Assembly (NCBI GenBank): GCA_976551045.1
Contig: CDPCPM010000056.1
Location: 21,452,001-21,516,000 of the forward strand
Origin: Glaucostegus cemiculus
Lineage: Eukaryota
Direction of reading: 5' to 3'
Length of the DNA stretch: 64,000 bases
Shown: positions 1 through 12,915 of the stretch, piece after piece
Position numbering within the stretch: position 1 is the stretch's first letter
Layout: each line of letters opens with the position of its first letter
Program-made: the position numbers and the translations under genes
The notes under the pieces: generated by a model
Seen by the model: the letters and a program-made list of their open reading frames with translations, nothing else
The model's database searches: none
Told to the model about the DNA's origin: nothing

Positions 1-566
1 TTTTAACGCAAGGAGTATTGTCAACAAGGCGGATGAGCTTAGAGCTTGGATCGATACTTGGAGCTATGATGTGGTGGCCATTACGGAGACTTGGATGGCT
101 CCAGGGCTGGAATGGTTGATTCAAGTGCCGGGTTTTAGATGCTTCAGGAAGGACAGGGAGGGAGGCAAGAGAGGAGGGGGAGTGGCACTGTTGATCAGGG
201 ATAGTGTCACGGCTGTGGAAAAGGTGGACATTGTGGAGGGATTGTCTACGGAGTCTCTGTGGGTGGAGGTTAGGAACAGGAAAGGGTTGATGACTTTACT
301 GGGTGTTTTTTATAGGCTGCTCAATAGTGACAGGGTTATTGAGGAGCAGATAGGGAGGCAGATCCTAGAAAGGTGTGAGAAAAACAGAGTTGTTGTGATG
401 GGGGATTTTAATTTCCCAAATATCGATTGGCATCTCCAGACGGTGAGGGGTTTAGATGGGGTGGAGTTTGTTAGGTGTGTTCAGGAAGGGTTCTTGATAC
501 AGTATGTAGATAGTCCTACAAGAGGAGAGGCTGTGCTTGACTTGATATGTTCTATGTTCTATGTTC
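1..566 (+). mobile_element. CR1 LINE ORF2 APE endonuclease domain (begins before the window), joined to a (TATGTTC)3 tail
   Basis: Frame open from position 2: FNARSIVNK, ITETW, GGGVAL, VMGDFN, PTRGEAVLDL are APE motifs of CR1 ORF2. Homology stops near 545; (TATGTTC)x3 at 546-566. Confidence 0.92.
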
Positions 567-2762
567 CTTCATCAGGTGTCTCACCTCCCCAAAGAAAGAT
601 GCTGCTAGCAGGTTAATGCACCAAACAACAGAAATGGTGCTCACTGAATATTGGCGTCTCCTGAAGATAGATCTGCTTCTGCGGATGCAATAGCTCATGG
701 GTCCTTGAGAGCAACATGGGTGCTGCCAAAACCATGTAATGAAGTCACAAGCATATGCTGTCTCAATAACGCATTGACAAGCTGCAAACCTGTACCCTGT
801 GTGGTCTCTAGTCAATGCATGGGAAGTGCAGGAAGCTTGGGTATAAAATTAGAGGGGCAATGTCAATGCAGTCTTGACTTTGTTCCTTGACTACATGTTT
901 AGATCTGGAAGATGTCACAATCATTTAATGGCATCCACGGAAATAGTAAGCTTCCTGTTACAAGGAGTTGATATTTAGGTAATTTTGTTGTATGCACAGA
1001 ATGTACACATTAATGAACATACAGCATTAATAACGTATAGTTACTGATGTAATTCACAGTTTATATTAACAACTTTTTAGTCATGTTCATTTACATTAAC
1101 ACTGGGCTCGATAATCTTTCAAATCTGGTTTCTCTCTTACTGTTGCTAGCAACCAATGTTTATGTTTTCAAAGAAAAACAAAATGCTGTTAAAATCAATC
1201 ATAATTTTTCACAGATGTTTGATCTTTATGAGAAATCAAAACAGTGAAACAACCTTGTTAACATGCTTCATATAAATCCATTTAATGAATTGATAAGTCA
1301 ACATTTTTATGCCATTTATTCTTTTCGAAAATCACCATTTATTCTACTGAAATAATGTGTGTATATACTACACCCACTTCATGTCCCTAGTACCAGACAC
1401 CTTTCTTACCACAACAAAAAAAAGGTGATAAAAGTAATTGGAGGCAGGCCAAAGTGAGTCAAAAAACTTCAGGATTTCAAAAGATTTTTTAAAAAGTTAA
1501 TGCCTGTTTCTTTTATTCTTCCCCAAAGTGGCACAAATGTCTAATGCCATTAGCTTCATTATTGTGCAGTATACTGTGCATGTCTGCCTCTCAAACAGCA
1601 ACGCATGGCAAAAGAACAAAGCACCTCATTAGAAAAAAAAATCTACTTAAATCAACTAAATGTGCTAACATTGTCATAGTTAGAAAGACGGCTGTATTTT
1701 AGCACCAAACGGTTGATGTTTGACTGGAAAATGATGTGGAGAAAACCACAACCAGATGAAGGCAGTAAATTTTTGGTTACAAATGTAAATTGTCAGTTAC
1801 CTGTATTCCAAATGAAATTTATAAAAGAGCTGATTTAAAGGGGGGTCCCCTTTTGATGTGGAAACGAGTACCCGTAGAGATCAGAAAGGCTCAGCAGGAA
1901 AGCTCATGTCGGGGACTGGCATTGATATAAATTTTTAACTAATCATACACGTGTCGCATTTTTTTAAGAACTGCTGTGTCCCATAAACCTTTAGTAGCTT
2001 GACTGAACAAATCTCAGTGCTGACCGAAAAACGTCAAAAAATATGCTGCGTTAGCAGTTTTTAATGCAGACTGTAATGCAAGAAATAGCTCTCAGTGGCT
2101 CAATTAGTATCAATTACAATATACTTCATTTAATTGTCATCAGAAGATGAATTTGTCATTTTCATTTTGAATTAATGGGAGCCCTTGAACTTTTCCTTAG
2201 CAGAGAGATTTGGACATTGTCTTTTAAAAATAACTTAAAAACCATGTCAAAATGAGATTATCTAGCCTCTTCTTTCTCTCTCTTCAGCCCGCTAACATGA
2301 CTCTCTAGCTGCTGATTATGATTCCATAAAACATCCTTAAACTGACACATGTAACATGGCATATTCTAATGCTTAGATTTTGAAAAGATTGGGTGCAAAG
2401 CATTTGGCTGGGAATGAGCAATATGATAACAAACTGTAGGCTGCTACATCGCGAGAGGAGCTTCACCTAGACTGCAAAACAAAAATCACGCCTTGCGAAT
2501 TAAAAAAAAGTCTCAGGTCCCTCATATGGCTAATAGTTTTCTTTAAATATAACTTGCAAAAATTGTTGGACCTACCTTTTTTTAATCTTGCTAAGTAACA
2601 AAAGATCAATTCAACAAAAGAGCAATTCACATTGTTTAATTGAGTTCTATTATTGACCGTCTTGGCTCAGTGATAGCACTCTTGACTCTGAGTCAAAAAC
2701 CTTGTGGATTTAAGGTTCATTCCAGAGGCTGAGCAGATAATCCAGAGGGTGTGGTGTCGGAT

Positions 2763-3025
2763 AAGATTGTAAGAAATAGGAGCAGGAGTAGGCCATTTGG
2801 CCCTTTAAGCCTGCTCCACCATTTATCAAAATCATGGCTGATCTTTCTCCTCAGTGCCACATTCCTGCATTAACCACATATCTTTTGATACCCTTGTTAT
2901 CCAGAACTCTATTGATCTCTGTCTTGAAAGGACTCAATGCGTAAGCCTCCACAGGTCTCTGGGTAAACAATTCCAAAGATTCACCACTCCCTGCGTGAAG
3001 AAGGTTTTCATCATCTCAGTCTGAA
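2763..3025 (-). mobile_element. CR1 3' end fragment
   Basis: TAAGAAATAGGAGCAGGAGTAGGCCATTTGGCCC 3'UTR motif; minus-strand FFTQGVVNLWNCLP is the ORF2 C-terminus. Confidence 0.88.
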
Positions 3026-3257
3026 AGATGTAATATTTAAGATAAGATGTAAAACTGAAGCCCTGAATATCCTTACAGGTGGACATAAAAGTTCCCAGGA
3101 CACAACATGAGCAAGAGCAAAGGTGTTCTCCTCCGTGCCCTGGACAATACTTATCTCTCAATCAACATCTCTAAAACAAAATAGCTGGTCATTATTTCAT
3201 TGCTATTTGTGGATTTTGCAGTGAGCTAACTGGCTGCCCCTTTTTTCGATAAACAAA

Positions 3258-3405
3258 CTGATGAATTAGGAGCAGGAGTAGGCCACTCGGCCCCTCAAGC
3301 TTGTTCCAACATTGAAAAAGATCATGGTTGATCTGATTGTAACTCCACATTCCAGTCCATCCACAGTAGCCTTTCACCCCCTTGTTTATCAACTATCTAC
3401 CTAAC
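3258..3405 (-). mobile_element. CR1 3'UTR fragment
   Basis: TAGGAGCAGGAGTAGGCCACTCGGCCCCTCAAGC...GATCATGGTTGATCTG, same 3'UTR as 2763-3025. Confidence 0.85.
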
Positions 3406-5934
3406 TTCTTCTTATAAAATCTTATATTATGAGATTGATTATAAAGCACTTTAGGATGTCCTGAATTTATTAGAATAATAAGTATATGCAAAGTGATTAT
3501 TTCTTCCACCTTTTGAGTGTATTGGCTCTTCTTGAAAGTGATTGATATAAGGTATTAAAGAAGAATAAGAATCCTGGGATAAGTTACATTATCTGCTACT
3601 GTTCCCAACAACTGATGTCTTTAAAGTTCAGAGAATTTAGAAAGAAAATGAGAAATTGTTATCAGGAGAGTAAATAATTTCTAACCACATAATTATTCAC
3701 ACATTTCCTCTTTCTGCCTTTTTCTCTGGACCCTATTATCTACTCTCATAATGAGTGGCAGCAAGAAAATTAAAGGCAGATCATTTGTGTGATGCCACCT
3801 AAACGAGTAGGATGTTTGAAGAGGCCTGGGAGCAGGTTGCCTCAGTAAAGGGCAAAGCAACATGAAACAAACTTCTGGAAAAATTAAAGGATATCTTTTA
3901 AGGGACAAGAACAAACTCAAAGGAAAAGTTTCATGGTTGTGTGTGGATGTACCACCAGATTAGATTGCACCATAATGACTTCATTTGCCCTTGACAAATT
4001 CAGATCAGACTCCTGGCCCAAGTTTGGGAAATTATTTGTTTGACAGGCATCCAGTGTTTACACTGTCATGCAACATTCAACTGCAAACAGCAGAATCCAT
4101 CAGTAAAAATTGAATTTATCATTGCATTTCCTCATTTGATAGCGATTTAAAATAATAGTGATAAGGAAATTCTATTTTGTTTGAGATGAGTATCAAGCAG
4201 CCCCATCTGTAACACAGCCTACCATAATAATTTTAAATTGGGTTTGTAAACCCTATTTATTGTTCAATATTTTTGTCATTTTTCATGGTGCGAGGCAGTT
4301 ACTATAGCATGTAGTAAATACTGCCTGTAAGTTTTTTTTTCGAGGTGGGTGGGGGGAGGTGGGCTGCAACATCTGTTCAACCAATCAATCACAGTGTCAA
4401 CAGTTAGCTCACAATCCACCCAAGAAATTGAGTTTGTCTCACATGGGAAAATAGAGCAAATTAATAGACCATTACCCAAGCAGTGACCCACAAAATGAAG
4501 GTGCCTAGCCGGGTTAGCTATTCACATATTCACCTTAACCAGTAGCTGCGGGGAAGAGAATTAAGTCACCACATCCTCATCCCCCACCCCCACTTCCACC
4601 CCCCCCCAAAGAAATAAAATAAAGTAGCCTTAATTAGAGCCTATTTTTAGGATGCTTATAACAAGCCAGTTCATTTACAGGATCAGCAGATTGCAATGTT
4701 TTCTCTCTTTAAAAAAGAGTAAGACAGTGGCTCTTCTTATCTCTGTTGAAGAATTTTGTAATATGTTTTTCCCATTTCCTCTCCCTAGGTCTCACTGGCC
4801 CATGTGCACCATTTCTGGCAAGGAGGCCAGCCAGACACTGTGCTCCCAAGCTCCTGCCGATACCACCCTATAATCGACTGCTGTACGAAACAGTGGGCAG
4901 CTCAGTGTGACTGTTGCTCTGGTTGTCCCCTTATCCTCCTCCTATTGGAGTAATAGACGGGATTCACACTGCCCTTCTCCACAGTGCATCAAAGTGAAAA
5001 GGTACCACCAAATGTAGAATGAGGCATGATTTTGTGGCCACCCATTCCAAACTTTCAACGTATCTTGGGGTATTTAATTCTCTCTAAATTAAAAAAAGAG
5101 CAAACTGGGGAAATTCCATAGTCACAGTGCCAACCTGGGCAATCCTACCCAACTCCATGGTGCTGCCTCCTTGGGTCAGATACTGTGACAAATCTGGCAG
5201 TGAGCCAAATATACTTTATACCCTGAACTAGATGTTACTAAGAAAACCATGAAGTCAATCTGCAGATATGTGTCACTGTGAGTCCCTCGAAACTCAGTTT
5301 AAAAACTGCGGGACAATGGAATAGAGCAGAATTCCATTACTGATGTGCACTTCAGGCTGTGTGGTAACATATACAAATTAGATTTTCTGGTTTTGTGATG
5401 TCACATGATGTGTGTTTTCATGCATAAATTTCATTCATACTTCTCCATTGTTGGTAAGTTGAAATTGAAGAACATCTCTCGTATCCCTGTGTAATGTTAT
5501 GTTGTGCCATATCTTGGCAACATATGGTCACAGCATCGGCATGAAGACTTTGCATGCTATGTGAAAGCATGAAAATCTGATGTCGGAAAGCAACTCCAAG
5601 AAACCCACAGGGTATTGTGATTTAAGTTAATGAATTTGGTAGAAACAGGTTAAGTTTATGGTAAATGGGTTGGCCTGTGGGTATGCTGCCTCTGCTGTCA
5701 TCAAAGTTTGAAACCTCAAGTCTCAGGAGGGTGTAAAACCACTGCAATTCTTTCAGTTTGCTTATCAGATGTAATAAGTGTAAATCTGAGGATGGAAACT
5801 GCAATCCCAATACAGAAGCCTGCTCTTTGTTCTTTTCCCTCAATTCCCTCAAAAGTTAGATAACTAGAAGAATTAAAGATTAAGAAATCATTAGTAAAAT
5901 CTCTGTATATTATCTGCAATGAGTAGTTAATATA

Positions 5935-6090
5935 AAAAAGATTTTTTAGATATTAAGGGAATCAAGGGATATGGGATTAGTGAGGTTAGTGATGAAAAGC
6001 GGAGCTGAGGTAAAAGACCAGCCATGATCTTAAAGAATAGTGAGGCAGACATGAGGAGTTAAATGGCTTACTCTTGACCATGTTCTTATG
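5935..6090 (+). mobile_element. CR1 3'UTR fragment
   Basis: GGAATCAAGGGATATGGG...CCATGATCTT...AATGGCTTACTC...TGTTCTTATG. Confidence 0.75.
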
Positions 6091-8082
6091 AAAAGACAAA
6101 ACAAGCTCAGTTTATTAAATGCCATGATAATGCTTGTATTTACATAGCGCTTATCATATTGAAGCACTCTAAAGAGCTTCATGCTCTATGAATTAATTGT
6201 GCAATTATCCAGTGTAACAAGTGGCTGGGAACTTTAATAAAGAAGACCTTCACTGCTCCAGCCATTTCAAGCTTTGAGTTTGAAAGCTACATTTTACTTC
6301 GTTAACATCACAGAATCAATTGAAGATGGATTAACTGCACAGAGTAACCCAAGGACAATTGAAAAGAATCATTTAATCCAGTGGTGATTTTCTTCATATT
6401 TAGTTTACTCTGATTCAGTATGTAAGCTGAGTTCAGTCTTGTGACAAATAGATAGGTTTCAATGAAATTCTAGAAGATGCTCCTTAACTGTTTGGAATAG
6501 TTCTTAAAAAGTAAAAATGAAACAGCATTTCACCCATGGCTTTCGCAAACAGGTATCTCTTCCTGAACATCAGGAAGTAGAAATTCATTTTGTTGCTGGC
6601 ATCTAAGGTATCTGTTACCTGTAGTAATTTCCTCCCAATATATAGTTCCAAATAATCAGGTAAGGAATACACTGGATTTTCAATATTGTGGCACACATTC
6701 AATGCAAGCAATGGAAGACAAATTCGTACCCACAGATCTTTTGGTACTCAGAACAATCCAACTGGCCCTTCAAAATTTTGTTTGCTTTACAATTTGTACT
6801 CAAGTCACTTTTGCTAATAAATTTTCAGAGATGAAATGACATGCTCGTCACTGCACCACTGCTTTAGTAACTAGGACTGTTTTGTGTTAATTTTAAGCCA
6901 GTTCATTCACTCTTTCATTTGGTTATGAGTCATTTCATGTCAGTTGTCACTGACATTATCATCAGTTGAGTCGTTGAGTATAAAAGTTACTGTGCTATAT
7001 TGTTCTATGTTCCATGTTCTACTGATATGATTTTAAAAATGCTCACAGATCATCACAAATATAAAAGTCATTCCTCTCTCTAACTGCCCAAATTGGTTGC
7101 ATTATTTAGCCAATGAAATGGCTCTAAGTGGGTACCTAAGTTGAGATCACGGTTTTGGGGATGGAATTCTTATATTAAAATCTCTCATCAACAAAGTTCT
7201 ATGAAACTCTATGAAATGGTCATCATTTAATGGGATTCCTGAACATGAGATTATATATTTAAAAGGCAGTAAGAAGGCAAGAATTTGAACACTAGACTTT
7301 AAAATTATACAAAATATAAGGTAATGGAACTTAAAATTGATAAATGACAGAACATACATTTATTTTTCTAAAACCTTACATTTGTATACTGTATGATGTT
7401 TAAGAAACAAGCAGTCAGTCAGTAGTAACAGTCTACAAACAGTGAAGTAATTGTTTTTCTTTTAATGGAAGATACATCTGGTGTTTTATTTCAGACACAG
7501 GGGACCCGCAATGATATTGTGATGCTTGGATGGAGTTTAAAAATAATATATTTCAAAAACAGTCAAGTTGTAAGGTAATGATTGTCATAGAACACAGAAT
7601 AGTCCTGGAACATACTCAACAATCTACACGTTAGAAATCTTCCAGATCTGAAAGCAGGATTGAAGTAGCACATTCCAGGTCTGTTGAAACTTTGTAAACC
7701 ATGTGGTTTTGTTACACTGATCTTTAAATCAAAGACTGTCCCACAGAAAGAAGTACAAATCAGAAAGATATATTAACTCTTTCACCAGCAATGAAGATTG
7801 AACTATCTACACTCTGAACTTAGATGTGATGTCTATGCATGCTACTATCTTTATCCTTGTGTTGAAATCAATAATTGCAACTGTGTCATACTCCGCTACT
7901 GAAATGGATGCACTTCAATAAAGATCTTAGGTAAAGGTTTTTTTTAAATGTGATAATCGAAGGAACATTTATACCATTAAATTCACTTTTCCAGTCAAGA
8001 GGGCATACAGGCATTTTGTAACAAAGTCACTGCCAAAGCTCCTCCCGAGCAGACTTGGTAACAAAAGAGGATTTTATCTTAC

Positions 8083-8088
8083 CTTATA
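8083..8088 (-). other. Candidate 6-nt microexon TATAAG
   Basis: Minus strand reads ttttttgttctctgccag|TATAAG|gtaaga: pyrimidine tract, AG acceptor and a near-consensus donor 6 nt apart. No transcript evidence. Confidence 0.4.
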
Positions 8089-8329
8089 CTGGCAGAGAAC
8101 AAAAAATTAACAAGGAAATCCTTATAAGAGACTTATCCTGTTGCTACTTCAAAAGGGTGTTAAGTATCAGAAGTTCATTAAGAGACACAATCCTCTGCCA
8201 TGTCTCCTCAGCCATATGTTGTCAAATGCTATTTTTTCTATTATTTGACATAAAGGCAGAGTTCTTCCTTGGTGTAATTCCAGAAAGTTTCTTTTTAACT
8301 TTGAACAATTATGAAATGGTAGAATAATA

Positions 8330-8642
8330 GTGCTGCTGTAAATGCTGCTATCACACAACTTCAGCGACCCAGGTTCCAATCCTGACCTCAGGTGCTGTTT
8401 GTGTGGAGTTTGTATGTTTATTTTGAAATCACATGAATTTCCTCTGGGTAGTCTTTTTTCCCCCAAAGGTGTGCAGGTGGGTTAATTGGCTATTGTAAAT
8501 TATTCTCTTAGGGTAGGCTCATGACAAAGAGAATTAAAGAGAATAAGTCAATAAAAGGGAGACAAGGAATGAGCCTAATGGGATTCTTCCCTGGGAGCTG
8601 GCATGGAATGATGGGCCAAATGGCCGCCTTCTGTTGTGTTGT
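8330..8642 (+). mobile_element. Decayed tRNA-derived V-SINE (HE1-like) with CR1-type tail
   Basis: GACCCAGGTTCCAATCCTGACC B-box region, GTGGAGTTTGTATGTT, TTTCCTCTGGGT V-core, TTAATTGGCTATTGTAAATT, tail GATGGGCCAAATGGCC. Confidence 0.8.
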
Positions 8643-11394
8643 AAGCATAAAATAAGAATGATTTTGTTGATTTTCAAGCTCTAGTTCACGAACAAAAATG
8701 TTCCTCACCTATTAACTTACCTATCCCCTCTCCCACCCTTCCTGATATGGTACAAATATGCCAATATTTTAGAAAGGTGTTCTTGGCAAGAGTCTAATAT
8801 ATCACAGAGGATTCAGTGCGTGAATAAATGACTAAAGTTTTGTTTTCTTTACATAATGTTAGAAAGAATGCAACAAGTAAAGATATGCCCTTCTAGGCGT
8901 TGATTCTCTTCCTATTAGCTAACAGAGCAACAAGGGGCTTCTGGGAGTGAGGACAATATGGACTAATGTCTCATATGATAAAACCTTATCCTGATGCCAT
9001 CAGAAGCTCAAAAAGAGTTGAAGAAATTGAGGTTTTAGACCAACATGCAAATCACTGATATATCATTCAACACACATTTCATCAGTGTTGTTCAGTAAAT
9101 GATGGTTATGTCTGGATTCAATATTCAACTCTAAGGTGACAATATGTGAGGATTATGGCACCTCACAATGTCAAATACCATATTCTATTGGCCACTATGG
9201 ACAACTAATTATAGTTGTAACAAATGTGTTGCCTTCAGATGATCATGACAGAAAACAAGCCGAGGATAAGCTTATTGCTTCTTCTAAAGAGAGAAACCAT
9301 TATAGTTTAAAAACATCCCAAAAGGGGAAATTATGTCACTGATTCCTAAGTCATAGACTGTATCACTATCATCAATACACATTCATCATTGTGTCACTCT
9401 CTGGAAATAATTATGCACTCCATATAACTTTTGTTCCATTATCCTCTCTAGCTCTCTAACTCCCAAACAGTGTCTTGTGATGCTGATATGACTCAGGTCC
9501 TATGCAATACAGGTTTAGACCAAAAGAACAAGCCAGCTGAATGGAGAAAAAGTATTTTATTTGAACAACATGTGCTCTGATACTACTTTGAAAGAATTTC
9601 ATCTGTACAGCGCTAAAACTTCATCCACTCTGTTGTGAAGACTTGCATTGGCCAAGGTCAGACCCGTGCCAAAAACACAATTTTATGAGGGGAAAAACAG
9701 TCAGACATATTGCAGACTCATTCAGAGGAATAGAACTCTTCTAATTTTTTAAGATTTTTAAGTGATACATATGGACTTTGACTTCAAATTTCCCCCAAAT
9801 CCAAGGCAGTGCAGAAGTTGTTACTTCATCCTTACACTCATGGGGTTTAAATATAGCTTTAAAATATGGTACTGAATTCTCTTTTTACTAGACAATTTAG
9901 TGCCTGCAGACAACATAGAAATGCTTGTAATTCACTCATGGCTAGGAATTTTACTCAAATGCACTGACAATAGAAATGCTTTTATTGAGCTAATAAAAAT
10001 CAAGTTAAAAGCGAATCATGAAACGCTGTGTTGATTCCTTTTGAATGTATCATCATAATGTGCACATATTTTACCTGGATATAGTTCAAATGATAATTAA
10101 CTAAATGATATTAAACAGCAACAAGAGTCATCCAGAGGTTGGCTGGTAGACCTATTGTAGTATTAGATTATAACACTTCTGTCATCAGGAACAAATTTTA
10201 AAAAATTGAGAGTTGCAATTAACATCATTATTTTTCAATATTTACTAAGTCCTTTACATTTAAGTTCCAGCCAACTCAATATACTTCATAATAAACTCCT
10301 ACCTGTGGGGCCAAAAATTTATCTTTAAAAAGTATTGAATATGAATATATCAATATAATTCATAGATAACTTGGTGATTTCTGAACCCCCACAAACTAAC
10401 TCATAGAAGTCCCTTCAGTTTGAGAATATAAGGATAATGAGTGGTCTAGCTGATGCAAAGAGTTTCACTCATGTTCCATAATCACAACCAGTTTAGTAAC
10501 AGAAGAGGCTTTCTTCCTATCCTTACAATTGATAAACTGGCAGAAAATCTAATGCCAATGTAGGGTTTAATGACATAGCTCCAATGGGGTCCAAGAAGTT
10601 GAAACTTGGATATACCCAATCCCAATTTATCCTGATGACATCCATTGAATTTTCTTCTCCAGCCACAAATATAGCAATGTCAGAGGCCCAGGGTTGAAAT
10701 TCTTGGGAAACATGATCCCATGGCCTCAGCTCAGCAGGACTTTGATGGACTGGTACCCCATACAATAGAAATTGCCTAAGTGCAGTTGAATTGCAGACAA
10801 AAAATTGCAGACCATCTGGAGACAAAACCAGAAATGCAGCAGGATGCATCAGCACAATGAATGACACAATTTGCTCATTCCTCAAACAAATGGACACTGA
10901 GATTCTGGAAAAATGGATTGGCCATGCACTCAGGATACTTAAATAGTTGGCCTCTCTCTGAACTCACAAATTTTAACAGGTTCAGCACTGGATGTGACAG
11001 GTGGACATTTACACAGATGTTGGGCTCCATGATTACAGTTGGAGTGGGACTTCTTTAAAAAGGAGTTGCATAACAGAATTTTTTTATATTACTGTCTTAA
11101 AATGGTAATTGTATCCTTAATTTTTCATCTCACATGATGGCCACTACAAAAGGTTACTTGAGCCAAAAGCATTTAAATTATTCTTCATTAGGTTTTAGTA
11201 AGAATTGCATTAAACCTCTCTTTGTAACAAACTAACTATAGTAGATTATAAAAGTGCAACACAAAAATAAAATGCTAATAGTACAAACGGACTTGGAGAC
11301 ATCTCTGGAAGAAAAGGAACAGAGAACTGTTTCTAGTGTGAGCGTTCCTTCATTTAGTGAGTTAATTTACTTGTTCTCTCCAATAGAGAGGAAG

Positions 11395-12915
11395 ATGATA
11401 ATAGGAGTAGGCCATTTGGCTCCTCAATTGAATTCTGCCATTCAATTAGATCACACCTGGTCTATACTTCAACTCCATTTACCTGTTTTGGCTTCATTTC
11501 CCTAGGTACCCTTGCCTTAAAAGAATGTTGCCTTTAACTTGTTCAGCTGACCAGGCCAGAAAAGTACTTTCAGGGAGAGAGTTCCAATTTTTTGTCATTC
11601 TTCAACAAAATCACTGAATGGTAACAGCATAATGGAGGCCATTCAGCCCATCAGATTGTGCTAGCTCCATTTTTCCCACTTTCCTCTCCTCATATCCTTG
11701 CAATTATTTTCTTTTCAAGCATATCCAATTCCTTTTTGAATGTTACAACTGAATCTGCCCCCACCTCTCTCCCATGCAGTACACTCCAAATGCTAACCAA
11801 TCACTGTATCAAAAAATCATAGACCTTTTGATTCTTTTGCAAACTACAATCATTCTATATCTTCTGATCATTCTATATCAAATTCTGACGCCCTGATTAA
11901 GGATCTCGATGTAAAAAGTCGTCTATTTATTTCCCTCCATAGATGCTGCCTGACGTGTTGTGTTCCTCCAGAATTTTGTGTGTGTTGCTCCAGATTCCAG
12001 CATCTGCAGAATTTCTTGCACCTTCTATATCTTCCGATCTGTTACCCTACCGCCAATGGCCACAGTTGTTCTCTATCCGTTCTTTATGAATTCACATACC
12101 TCTATCAGATTCCCTTTCAACTTCCTCTTTTCCAGGAAGAACAACCATAGCTTCTCCAACCTATACACACGAGTAAAGTCCCTGAAAACAATTCTTGTCA
12201 ACCCTGCTGCCTCTCTAAGCCCTTCACATCATTCCTAAAGTGTGGTACTAGAATCAGATACAATACTCAGGCTGTGTCCAAACAATTGTTCTAAAAAGGT
12301 TTATAGTGAATTCTTTGCTCTCTCTCTCTCTCCCTCTATTTCTGTGCCACTTTTAGAATTATATCCTTGAGATTATATTGTCTCTCATCAAATCTTCCTA
12401 CTAAAATACAGCACACTGCATTTCTCTGCATTAAATTTAATCTGCCGAGTAATCAGCCCATTGCAACAGCCTGTCTACATCCTCTTGAAGTATATTACTA
12501 CCCTTCTCACAGTTCACTAAGCTTCTGCATGTGTTATCTCCATATTTAGAAATTGTGCCCTCTGCATGCAAATCCACGTCATTAATATATATTAACAAAA
12601 GCAGCGAACCAAGAACTGACACCTGCAGATGACCACTGCGCACTACACTCCAGTTTGAAAACCACCATTCACTTCTATGCTCCTGATTCCTATCATTTAG
12701 TTTATTTTCTCTCCATTCTGCTAATGTCATTTTTATTCTATGGGATTTAATCTTGATGAGAAGCCTATAATGTAGCACTTCACCAAATGTCTTTTGAAAA
12801 TCCATATACACCACATCAACCACATGTCCCTCATTGACCCTTGCTGTTATCTCATCAAAAAACTCTATCAAGTGAGTTAAACATGAATTGCCTTTAACAA
12901 AAACATGCCTGTTGC
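11395..12915 (-). mobile_element. CR1 RT region and 3' ends (composite of at least two decayed copies)
   Basis: ORF 12437-12871 gives VDVVYMDFQK, SVLGSLLLLIYIND, ISKYGDNT, LQEDVDRL..WAD. 3'UTR motifs near 11400 and 11635. Confidence 0.88.
11885..12015 (+). mobile_element. Penelope-like pseudo-LTR fragment inserted in CR1
   Basis: CCCTCCATAGATGCTGCCTGAC...GTTCCTCCAG...GTTGCTCCAGATTCCAGCATCTGCAG, with a decayed hammerhead CTGATTAAGGATCTCGA. Confidence 0.75.

Larger units (their letters stand above)
2655..3495 (+). mobile_element. Deu-domain SINE (SacSINE1/AmnSINE1-like), decayed and split by two CR1 insertions
   Basis: tRNA-like head TGGCTCAGTGATAGCACTCTTGACTCTGAGTCA near 2662; core CAGGTGGACATAAAAG...CTGGTCATTATTTCATTGCT at about 3075-3205; tail TAAAGCACTTTAGGATGTCCTGA near 3442. 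Confidence 0.75.

Noticed and set aside
71-616. 181-aa ORF as a host endonuclease gene
   Set aside because: It is CR1 ORF2. The frame is open upstream of the called GTG start and the C-terminus is read-through into the tail and flank.
4789-5001. Strong plus-strand acceptor followed by a GC-richer segment
   Set aside because: All three frames hit stops before the next weak donor, and no product is recognisable.
6484-6711. Possible exon on either strand (CAG|GTAAGG donor near 6659)
   Set aside because: The plus-strand candidate has stops in all three frames; the minus-strand candidate has weak splice sites.
10523-10897. 124-aa minus-strand ORF as a gene
   Set aside because: No recognisable domain or splice context; ORFs of this length can arise by chance in 64 kb.
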